64,000 nt of DNA. Source: Narcine bancroftii (Eukaryota). The stretch is from positions 250,666,001 to 250,730,000 of the forward strand of contig NC_091473.1 in assembly GCF_036971445.1 (NCBI RefSeq), written 5' to 3'. Positions 11,765-22,400 of the stretch are shown one piece after another. Under the pieces are notes generated by a model, which worked only from the letters and a program-made list of their open reading frames with translations, was not told the DNA's origin and searched no databases. A program made the translations under genes and the position numbers. Numbering within the stretch: position 1 is the stretch's first letter; every line of letters starts with the position of its first letter.

Positions 11765-13214
11765 AAAAAAATCAGGACTAGTTAAATTGCTCAGAGCTTA
11801 GCCTATAAGGCCTGGTAAAAGTTTAACAGAATTTCTCTGCTTTTCACTCTCTCCACTTGCTTGGTTTACTCTTTTGCTTGGCTTTATTAATTAGCATTAA
11901 ATATTCCAGTTTACTTTTTATAAAACATTCAGAGTTGCTTCTTTTTAACTAGCTTGAAGCAAAATTTATTGCCTCAGAATTTAAAATCACGTAGACTATA
12001 ATTTGAACTGCAAATGCACACAGCTACAATCGTGGAACAAGGGAGCAAAAAAAAAAATCAAGCTTTCTACTAAACATGGTCCCAGAATTACATAGGTCTG
12101 AAAAGGCTCAAAAGAGCCTTGTATTGAAATAGAGCCATTACATAGCAACAAAAAAAAAGTCAGGTAGATGTTAAAAAGCTGGGTAAAAGACATTGGCTCC
12201 AACAAGAATCTTGAAAGAGTGATTTTTGGAAGGAGTCTCAGGCTTCTGACACATGAAAGCACAGCTGCATCCAGCCACAATAAGAATACTGTAGAATTGA
12301 TATTTCAGGGAGTATGAAGAGATTATAAACAGGAAGAGCTGAAGTTCTGATGATATTTAAAAGGATGAGCACATTGAAAAATCAATGTATTTCTCAAATG
12401 GAGATTCAGATCAACCCACAAGCAAAGGAAGTGATAAGTGAATGGGGCTTTGTATAATTTGAAGCGCAAGTAGCAGAGATTTACCTTCAGGGAAAATGAA
12501 GGAAAGGAAATGAATTAGGAACACAATTAGCCAGGCAGCTTCTAAGAGATGGAATTAGGCAGTCTTAATGATGGCTTTCAAATAATCCTTCGGTAACATA
12601 TTAAAGAACGTTCTGGTTCAGCTTAGCTGATATCAAAAAGAGCAATGAAGTGTGTAGCCAGGAAGTAGAGTTTGGAGCAGAAACAATTTCAGTAGAACAC
12701 TTTCAAGCACTAACAATTTGGAATAACAAAACTGGAAAGGGTTTGGTGCAAGAAAAAAAGTGCTAGGGAATCTCAGCAGGTCACAGAGTGTCTATAGTAA
12801 GGAAAGGGATATAACCAATGTTTCAGGCCTGCACCCTTAGCAGGTTTGAGAGAAGCAATGGCAAGGAATGAGCAAGTATTGCTAGAGTACACATAGAAAC
12901 TGAGGTTCTTCGAGTGCTTCTAATAAGCAGTTGTAAATGGGAAATGGAAGCAAGTAAATAGAAAAAGGAATAAAAGCAAAAATGCCAGGATTGCCAGAAA
13001 GCATTTTCAAAAACGTATGGGAATTGTAGTAGGCTAATTGGGTGGCACGGACTCAGGAGTTGGAAGGCCCTGTTGCCATGCTGTATGTTTAAATTTCAGA
13101 ATCAAGCTAATTTGATATTCTAATAAAACAGCCTTTTAAGTACATTTCAAGTGCTTTGTGTAAAATTGAAATTAGACAAAATTATTCCACAAAGTTCAAG
13201 CTATGTCAGCATCC

Positions 13215-13540
13215 ATTTGCAGGACAAAAGGTGGTCTCTCAAGAAAGCAGCCTCTATCAAGGGCCCTCACCACCCAGACCATGTCCTTTTCTCACAGCTA
13301 CCATCAGGAAGTAGGTACAGGAGCCTGAAGACGCAGACCCAATGTTATAAAACAGCTGGCTTCCCAATAAATTTCTGAAAGGAAAATGAATCTGTTGACA
13401 TTACCTCACCTTTTTTTCTGCACTAATTATTCTGAAATATTGTATATATGGAACTGCAATTTATAGCAATTTTCCACCTGTTTGCACCATACTGCTGCAA
13501 CAAAAAAAATATCAAATTTCATGGCAATAAACCTGAATCT
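13215..13540 (+). mobile_element. Rex1/Babar-type LINE 3' fragment
   Basis: KKAASIKGPHHPDHVLFSQLPSGSRYRSLK and CAATAAACCTGAA tail; shared with 24790, 55224, 61780. Confidence 0.7.
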
Positions 13541-13809
13541 TTTTTTAAATTCATATTTTAAAAATTATAAACACTAACATTAATGCAAATACCACTGAGA
13601 ACTACTAATTCAAATGGTTTAATAATCTTTTCTGTCAGCAAAAATTTTTTCTGTCAAAATTTGTCTGAAGGGACTACAAGACCATAATGCATGAAATGTG
13701 AACATGTGACAGAAAATAATATTGCAGGTGATAAGACTGTTATTGTTAAGAACTTCAGCACAGCTGCAAAGAAAGGCAATGATAGATTTGAAATTCAAAA
13801 TGTTTCCCT

Positions 13810-14022
13810 TGTGGCGGCGCACTCTCTCATGGCGAACCAGCCCCACGTGGTGGGGCAGCCAAGGGAAGATGACGCCATCAGGAGTTTTTCCTGACTCAAG
13901 CCTCCTGCGCAGCATGCACCTTAGTGACTGAGCCAGCGCTGCCCTTAAAGGCCGCGCGCTAAATTCAAATAAAACAGTCGTTAATGACCCTCAGCGTGGT
14001 GGCTGTGCTTTCTTCAGCTACA
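13810..14022 (+). mobile_element. Solo LTR with 4-bp TSD
   Basis: TGTGGC...GCTACA termini, internal AATAAA, CCCT at 13806-13809 and 14023-14026. Confidence 0.85.
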
Positions 14023-15769
14023 CCCTTTTATTAAATAAATCTAAGTTTCCTCTTGATGATGTGAAGATATCACAACACTTTCTGAGAAAGTCAGAGTACT
14101 AAGAGCTGGAGGGAATGTTCACATACCCCCATTGCAAGCAGAAAGGCAAGCTTAACAATTAGCCTGAGAAGTCCAGTGCAAGAGAAATGTTCATTAAATC
14201 CACAGTGGATGGATAATCTGTTGAATTAATACACATCTGTTCACCATCTGCACAACAGGAACAGAAATTTCAACTCACAACATCTAAATCATGAACTAGC
14301 ACTGTATAAATGGGAACACCCAGCATTCCAATCTTCACACTGCAAAATGCTCCAATCACCAGATATTGGAAAAGCTGACAAACTTATCTGATTTCCACCT
14401 TCTGCAAAAGCCAAATATGCTAGAAGTATTCAGGTCCGACAACCCATAAAGGACAAAGTTCACATTCCATGTTAATGACCTACCATTGGTCAACTCTGCT
14501 TCTCTCTCCACAGATACTGTCTGATCCTGCTGATTATTAAGAGCATTTTCTGTTTACATTTCAATCAAATTGCTGGATAACAAAAGAAACAATTTTATTA
14601 AAAAATCCTACACACATTTTTTCCCTCAACTCTGTCCAAACTGAATTGCATTGATGCTTCAAGATCAAAATAAGATCTCAGCAGAATAGCCCAACTTGGA
14701 AGGGAAACTTATCAGTGGGAGAGGAAGTTAACACAGATGAGTCAGTTATTCAGCCGACTAGTTGTGGGAAAATTAAGACTTGCAATGTCCCAAACTTACT
14801 TCTAGATTTCCCTTCCTCATGTGTGACTGATTAAATAGACGATACTTATGGCCAACATCCCAGAAATAACTTTTTTGGTGTGGGGTGCACCAAGATAAAA
14901 GACAAAAATGCACATGTACGTTTACATTAGGATGTTCATTTTCTCTCTCACGTGATTATTGTTCTCAGTTCTGTTCAAAAATAGGAAGTACAATCTCAAA
15001 ATGATGCAAGGAGTAAATGGGAGCCTCAAATGTAATCCAAAACAGTTATAAACGCAAGAAAGAAAGCATGTTGAAATTGATGCTTCATAAAGAAACCATC
15101 TTTCTTCTTTGATATGTGATGTATATTCAAAGGTATAAACATCATTTATCAACTGTTTTCATTGCAAAATGAAGCCACATGAACAATTTCTCTCAGCAGC
15201 ACGAATAAGAGAATTTAATCTTTTGGCAAGGATATTTCAACAGGCAGATCATATGAATTGAGCATTTCAAATGTACTTGTTTAGCCAGCATTCATTGTAG
15301 CCTATAGTTTTCTATTTCATGGGTTTTTTAAAAATGTCACAACTTTGAACCATTTTCTTTTGGATGACACATCTTGCCATCTTAACAAGGAGCTTGACAA
15401 AGGGGTCAGGCCTGAAACATTCATTATACATCTCTGCTCTCCTATGGATGCTGCAGATCCTGTTGAATTTCTCCAGGTGTTGGTCATATTATTCATTTTC
15501 CCTGGCCATTTTAAAATAGTGGGACAAGATCTGAAAGGCCAGAATAACACTCACTGAAATGTCATTAATTTGCAAACAATTTACATTGATTAACCATTCA
15601 AAAGAACAATAGGCTGTAAACATACACTTTTAATTCAAAAATATTTAAGACTAATAGTCATTAAGACTATGTGGAAGCAAAGGGATATATAGTTAATAAA
15701 TAAATGCGACGATTACGATATTATTGCATAGACTACACTGTCACTTCGTGCTTCACTCATTTGATCTAT

Positions 15770-16150
15770 GCATGGCAGCAGCCAACACCATAAAGGACCC
15801 CATCACCCTGGTCACCTTTTCTCACTGCTACCTTCAGGAAGAAGATACAGAAGCCAGCACCAATTCTCGAACAAATTCTTTCCAAAGACCATCAGGCTTT
15901 TGAACCGCCCCTCATTACACTAATCATGGATGCATAGAAATCACAAAACTACTGTCTGCATTATTGTAGATTTGCTTTTATTTTCATGCACTAGGATAAC
16001 TGAACATTTATCGACCATCTTTTGTATTTATTGTCTCTTTTTAATTTATTTATGTATTCTATTGTTGTCTTTTGTTTGTTAAGCACCTGCTCAGCTGGCG
16101 CAAGAATTTCAGTGCACATTGGTATCATACAATGCATCTGACAATAAACT
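15770..16150 (+). mobile_element. Rex1/Babar-type LINE 3' fragment
   Basis: KDPHHPGH.FSLLPSGRRYRS-like segment and TGACAATAAA tail. Confidence 0.65.
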
Positions 16151-18154
16151 AGTTGTCGAGCTCCAATTCTTTCCTGTAATCCCAACACACACACACTATT
16201 CCATTCTACAGCAAAATTTAGATGGGATATTTTTTTTAAATTTTCAGCCGATGAGTTAAAATATAAAATTCAAAAAGTCATAATAATTCAATAAATACCC
16301 AGAAGTAAATCCAATTAATGGTTCAGGTAAAACCCCATCTATTCTCTACTTTCTCCAACCAAAAAATGCTCAACCAATGCACATATCCAGTATTTTCAAT
16401 AAACTTTCAAGTCAACCTAGCATTAAGAGTTGAATTTCATTAAAAAACATTTGATCTATTTAGTCAACTTTGAGAATATTTTATCTGCATTTATTTAATC
16501 AGTTGTTAACAATGTCATCAGATTTAGTTTTTAAAAAAGCGCAAACTATTAAATTATGAAAAGCACACATCAAAAATCAGGAAGGCAAACCCTATGAAAT
16601 AAAGCCATCTCAACACTTTACTCTCAGTTTAACAAGGATACAAAAAGCTACGTTAGAAGTAACTTTAAACACTACGGCAACAGATTGGAGTACTGAGAGT
16701 TGCACAAATCCAAATACTGACAGAAGCTACTGTACAACATTTGTTGCCCTGGGACATTTTTTTTCATTCACTTTGATGCTGGCCCTGGAACCCATCTTAA
16801 TCCTCTCCCAACAAATATTCATTATTGACTGTTGATTATGATATCATTACATCTACCTCCAGGCCATTTATGCTGAGAGACTTTTGGTTTTCAGATACTG
16901 AAATATAAACCAGGAGTTATAATCTCCTGAATCTCAGCAGCCAAACTGATTTCCATTTCCTCATTCCCAATTCCCATCCCTCACCTCCTGAAGGATCACA
17001 CGTTGGTGATGCATTCCTTGGCAAAATAGTGTTGAACTTTGAGGACTACATTTTTGGAAAAACTTACAAATAGGAATTTGGTCAGAACCTGACCAAACAA
17101 AATAATCCAACCATCACAATATAAACCAAAATGTTGTTTTAGAGAGGTTTATAAATTTTCTTAGGAGTTAAATGCCTCTTTTTAAATAATGTACCCAGTG
17201 TTTTTTTTTAAAAAATAATGGCTCAAATATGCAAATAAAAAAACAAGCCGACTTGTCTGCTTCAATATTTTTAATAACTAATTATTCAAACTCCCAAGAC
17301 ACAGTTTGCTCTGCAGGATCTTCCTCGTAAATGCCTCAAGCTGCAAGTTTCTACACTGCAACTTATGACCTGATCCAGTTTAAAAATTTCATTCATAGTT
17401 TTATACTGAATTGTTATGCTTTGCCACTTCAAAGCATACATTTCATCCTCCAGTCTCAAATGAAGTCCAATTGCAAATTCCATCTCATCGGTCCAAACCC
17501 CTGCATTCATCGTTGGTTTATCTCTTCCAATATTCATTACTGGTCAATGTCCTCTACACATTAAACCAACATCAGTGTATAAACAAATCAATTCTTCTCA
17601 GAAACATCCAATGTCAAAATATTTCATTCCAACTTTAACATCCTCCCTTTCACGCATTTTTTTTTGTCCCACATTTTATTCATGCAAAGTCACAAACTAA
17701 ATTTTCTAAAATGTTAGCTATGGCTTACTGGGTTGTTCTGTTAACTATCAGAAAGTGATAACTTCATTACAAATCCAGGCCGACACCTCAGCATATCCAC
17801 AGTGGCTGTACTAAAGAGAGGTGACAAAGATACAAAGGGATCCAGGGAAACAAGTTTTTTTCCAGCCTTTTAACAAACCATTAACAAAATCAAGGAATCC
17901 AACCTCTGGATACACCCATCCGCTTCCCTCACCATAGAGAGAGCCAGCCATTCATTTCCCTGCAATCTTATGTTGTTTTACTTTTGAGTGTTGTTCAATT
18001 GGCCTTTAAAGTATCACAGACATTCTTGCCAGTAATCCCAAATGCTGGGGCTTTTAAACTGATGATCTCCATCACATTTCTACTCTGACTTCTTTGCTCC
18101 TCAAATTTCCAACACCAATCTTTGGCTTCAGGAAGTTGAAATCATTTAAAAATG

Positions 18155-18435
18155 GCCGCCCCCCCCCCAGCGTGGGAGGGGGGGGGGCAGCCGCCCCCAG
18201 CGTGGGAGGGGGGGGGCAGCCGCCCCCAGCGTGGGAGGGGGGGGGCAGCCGCCCCCAGCGTGGGAGGGGGGGGGGGCAGCCGCCCCCAGCGTGGGTGGGG
18301 GGGGGCAGCCGCCCCCAGCGTGGGTGGGGGGGGGGCAGCCGCCCCCAGCGTGGGTGGGGGGGGGGCAGCCGCCCCCAGCGTGGGTGGGGGGGGGGCAGCC
18401 GCCCCCAGCGTGGGTGGGGGGGGGGGGCAGCCGCC
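18155..18435. repeat. G-rich minisatellite, 9 units of about 29-31 bp (CAGCCGCCCCCAGCGTGGG[A/T]Gn), GNAI intron 1
   Basis: Direct reading; units differ only in A/T and G-run length. Confidence 0.95.
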
Positions 18436-19212
18436 GGGCTCCTTCTGTGCAGTCAGGCCCTGAAATTAACCCCCTCGTCCCAGGAGTCCGAAGACACAGC
18501 GCCTCCTGGAGTCCAGGCTGACACACGACAGGGGAGAAAACAGGCGCAACCCCATGGCGTCTGCAGCACTGCTGCTTCCCCCCCCCCACCCCTCCCCCCC
18601 TCACAGCCCCCCCCCCCCTCATGCCTCGGCCTCTCCAGCCCCTGCTCCTCACCGAGCAGCAGCAGCTTGACCTCCCGGGACGACTTTTCACCGTCTTCGC
18701 GCAGGTTGCGGTCGATCATCCTGCTCCTCGCCATCGCCGCCTTGTCCTCGGCACTCATGGTGCAGCCCATCGCGGCGGCCGGGGTGGGGGGGGGGGGGGG
18801 GGGGGGGAACCAGGACCAGGACCAGGACCCGGGCTTCGTTGGGCTCCGCCGGTGGCTGCTTCGTTCCTTCGCCCAACTCCGCTTCACCGGCTGAACGCGT
18901 GGGTTTTCCTCACGGGGAGTCGGGAGAAAGGAGTGGAGGGGGGGGGACGGGATGGGGGGTGGGGGGGTCCTCACCCTGCACGAAGCTCCCTGTCCGTCCG
19001 AGGGCCACCGGCGCCCGAACCGTTAGCGGTTCAAACCCCACCGCTCTCCACCAGCCCTGACAGTTAGCGTTTGAAAGCGGAAACCCTGCCCTTTTCTGAC
19101 CTCACATCCTGTCCATTTCCGGCCATCGCGCGTTGCCTCACGGGAATTGTAGTCTCTCTTCGGAGCGCGGATGGGAAACACCTCGGCCATAGTGTAGATC
19201 TTTCAGTGGCCG
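18430..19212 (-). promoter_or_regulatory. CpG-island promoter/5' UTR of the Gi alpha gene
   Basis: GC- and CpG-rich island over exon 1 in AT-rich surroundings; ACTACAATTCCC (ZNF143/THAP11-type) at 19153-19142; ETS-like CCGGAAAT near 19115-19122; Kozak GCCGCCGCGATGG. Confidence 0.8.
18653..18770 (-). CDS. GNAI3: G protein alpha-i subunit, coding exon 1 ([39 protein letters not shown])
   Basis: 118 coding nt, ATG at 18770, GTGAGG donor at 18652; G2/C3 lipidation motif intact. Confidence 0.95.
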
Positions 19213-20330
19213 CCCATTCCCATTCCCATGCCCCATCATCTCATCCCTATTCCCAATCATTCCCCATTCCCAATCCCTATTCCCATTCCCATGCCCCATC
19301 ACATCCCCATTTCCCATCATCCCATTCCCATTGCCAATCTTCATTCCCCATCACATCCCCAATTCCTATTCCCATGCTGCATCATCTCATCCCCATTCCC
19401 TATTTCCAATCCTCATTCCCCATTCCCAATCCTTATTCCCATTCCCATGCCCCATCATCTCCCATCCTCATTGTCTATTCCCAATCATTCCCCATTCCCA
19501 ATCCCTATTCCCATTCCCATGCCCCATCACATCCCCATTTCCCATCATCCCATTCCCATTGCCAATCTTCATTCCCCATCACATCCCCAATTCCTATTCC
19601 CATGCTGCATCATCTCATCCCCATTCCCTATTTCCAATCCTCATTCCCCATTCCCAATCCTTATTCCCATTCCCATGCCCCATCATCTCCCATCCTCATT
19701 GTCTATTCCCAATCATTCCCCATTCCCAATCCCTATTCCCATTCCCATGCCCCATCACATCCCCATTTCCCATCATCCCATTCCAATTGCCAATCTTCAT
19801 TCCCCATCACATTCCCAATTCCTGTTCCCATGCCACATCATCTCATCCCCATTCCCTATTCCCAATCCTCATTCCCCATCCCATTCCCAATCCTTATTCC
19901 CATTCCCATGCCCCATCATCTCCCATCCTCATTGTCTATTCCCAATCATTCCCCATTCCCAATCCTCATTCTTCATTCCCAATCCCTATTCCCATTCCCA
20001 TGCCCCATCACCTCATCCCCATTCCCAATATTCATTCCCTATTCCCATTTCCCATCACATCCCCATTCCCCATCATCCCATTCCCCATCCCATTCCCTAT
20101 TCCCATTCCCATGTCCCATCCCCATTCCGAATCCTAATTCCCACCCCCCATCATCCCATCCCCATTCCCCATCATCCCATTCCCCATCCCATTCCCTATT
20201 CCCATTCCCATGTCCCATCCCCATTCCGAATCCTAATTCCCACCCCCCATCATCCCATCCCCATTCCCAATCCTCATTCCCCATCCCATTTCCATTTCCC
20301 ATCCCAAATCCCCATTTCCCATCCCATTCC
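19213..20330. repeat. (ATTCCC)n-derived satellite with 228-bp and 99-bp higher-order units
   Basis: Marker TTGCCAATCT recurs at 19331, 19559, 19787; marker TGTCCCATC recurs at 20112, 20211. Confidence 0.92.
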
Positions 20331-20579
20331 TTTGCTGGCATGTCAGCTCCAGGGGGCATTCGTGGGCATTGCCACCCCAAAAAGAGGTATTATGACCCCC
20401 CCCCCATCTGCAGCACTAGCGTCACTTGTGATGTGTCACTAGCATTTAGTGTCACCAGTCACCAGCAATAGAAGCAGCGCATTTGTCTGTTACGTCGGAG
20501 GGAGGTGGAAGGGAGATGGTGGTGGCAGTGCACAGAGGAGGTTCACGGTAGCAGGTAGGCACCCCCCACCCCTACCCTG

Positions 20580-21455
20580 GTTTCATGCACTGCCAGATGA
20601 GATCTCCAGAAGATGGCATTAACATTGATTTCTCGGACTTTTGTTTAAAAATCCCCTCCCCCTTCACATCTCCCCCCTCCACCCCTGCTACCTGCACCCA
20701 GCAATGTCTTTCTCTCTCCCCCTCTTTTCCCTGTCTCCTTTCACATAGATATAATCAATTCTCACCTCTCCCCTTATCCAATTACCAGTAATAACTTTTG
20801 TTGGTCTGGATTACTCACCCTGCTAGCTCTTCCTGTTTTCTGAAATTTCCTGCTTTTTGATCATTCTGGCTTTTCTTGAAGAAGGGCTCTGGCCTGAAAT
20901 CTCAGCAATATATCTTTGACTTCTATGGATGCTGAAAGACTGGCTGAATTCCTCTAGTATTTCAGTGTGGTTTTACTCTTCTTTGGCTTGGCTTCGCAGA
21001 CGAAGATTTATGGAGGGGTATGTCCACGTCTGCTGCAGGCTCGTTGGTGACTGACAAGTCCGATGCGGGACAGGCAGGCACGGTTGCAGCGGTTGCAAGG
21101 GAAAATTGGTGGGTTGGGGTTGGGTGTTGGGTTTTTCCTCCTTTGTCTTTTGTCAGTGAGGTGGGCTCTGCGGTCTTCAAAGGAGGTTGCTGCCCGCCGA
21201 ACTGTGAGGCGCCAAGATGCACGGTTGGAGGCGATATCACCCCACTGGCGGTGGTCAATGTGGCAGGCACCAAGAGATTTCTTTAAGCAGTCCTTGTACC
21301 TCTTCTTTGGTGCACCTCTCTCTCGGTGGCCAGTGGAGAGCTCACCATAGAACATGATCTTGGGAAGCCGATGGCCCTCCATTCTGGAGACGTGACCCAC
21401 CCAGCGCAGTTGGGTCTTCACAACAATCACAGCATCTGCAGACTTTTGTGTTTCA
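20580..21455 (+). mobile_element. Penelope-like 3' remnant split by a nested RTE
   Basis: DGINIDF end of GIY-YIG, TTGAAGAAGGGCTCTGGCCTGAAA motif; tail ...TTTTACT resumes as ACAATCACAGCATCTGCAG after the RTE. Confidence 0.75.
20977..21420 (-). mobile_element. RTE-clade LINE 3' end
   Basis: QLRWVGHVSRM...FPCNRCNRACLSRIGLVSHQRAC, 3' end ATCTTCGTC.GCGAAGCCAAGCCAAAGAAG. Confidence 0.92.
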
Positions 21456-21649
21456 TGTATTCACCCCTGCTATCTAATATTGTTTACCCTCCAAATCATA
21501 TTCCTTCTACCTTCCTACCCTCACTTTTTCCCTATCACTTCCTTCGTTTTCCTTTCAACCACTCTCCACTCCCTCTCCCCTCCTCTCACCTGCATTCCCT
21601 TTTCTCTTGCCACTGTCAATACAAAGAAAACTATTTCTTATTTAAAGAC

Positions 21650-22400
21650 AGGACACAGCCCAAGACATCAGGGTCAAAACCCTTCCACCATCAAGAATAT
21701 CTACAGGGAATGTTGCTCTTGGAGAACAGCAGCAATCACCAATGATCCATATCACTCAGCACACACTCTGTACTTGCTGCTGCCATCAGGAAAGAGGTCT
21801 AGGTCCCACAGACCACACTTAGAGCATTGTGTTCCTTTCTGTTCACCTCATTATTGGAAGGATGTGGAAGCTACGGACAGGGTGGAGAGGAGATTTACCA
21901 GGATGTTGCCTGGATTGGAAAATAAGTCTTATGAGGCAAGGTTAACAGATCTGGAGCTTTTCTCTTTGGAGCAAAGAAGGAAGAGAGGGGAATTAATGGA
22001 GATCTACAAGATTTAGAGAGACATAGATAAGGTGGACAGCCAGCACTTTTTTTTCCCCCAGAACAGGAATACCTTGCCAGGGCTGGTGGTGGAGGCTGAA
22101 ACATTAGAGGCATTTAAGAGACATTTAGACAGACACATGGATGAAAGAAAAATAGAGGATTATGAGATAGGAAGGCTTTAGTTTTTTTTAGGAATTATAT
22201 AGGTCAGCACAACATCGAGGATGGAATGGCCTGTACTGTGCTGTAATGTTCTATAAGACTTGCAGCACCACTTTCAGGGACCAGCTGCCACCCCTCCATC
22301 ATCAGATTCCTCAACAATAAATTCAATTAGGGACTTATTTAAGGACTCTTACTTTTGCACTTTATTGAATTTTTTTCACCTCTCTGTATTACACAGTTTG
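21650..22400 (+). mobile_element. Rex/Babar fragment with nested CR1 3' fragment (about 21809-22255)
   Basis: NIYRECC...LLPSGKR joined to RPHLEHCVPFCSPHY; Rex sequence resumes near 22280. Confidence 0.75.

Noticed and set aside
18155-18435. CRISPR-like regular repeats
   Set aside because: No unique spacers; eukaryotic minisatellite.
18094-18894. Gly-rich 266-aa and overlapping ORFs
   Set aside because: Minisatellite plus antisense of GNAI exon 1.
18771-18974. In-frame N-terminal extension of Gi alpha
   Set aside because: Starts at GTG in GC-rich 5' UTR; the true ATG has a strong Kozak and Gly2 must be N-terminal for myristoylation.
19071-20471. 466/404/268-aa Pro/His/Ser/Ile-rich ORFs
   Set aside because: Translation of a G-poor satellite that rarely forms stops; open in all three frames.
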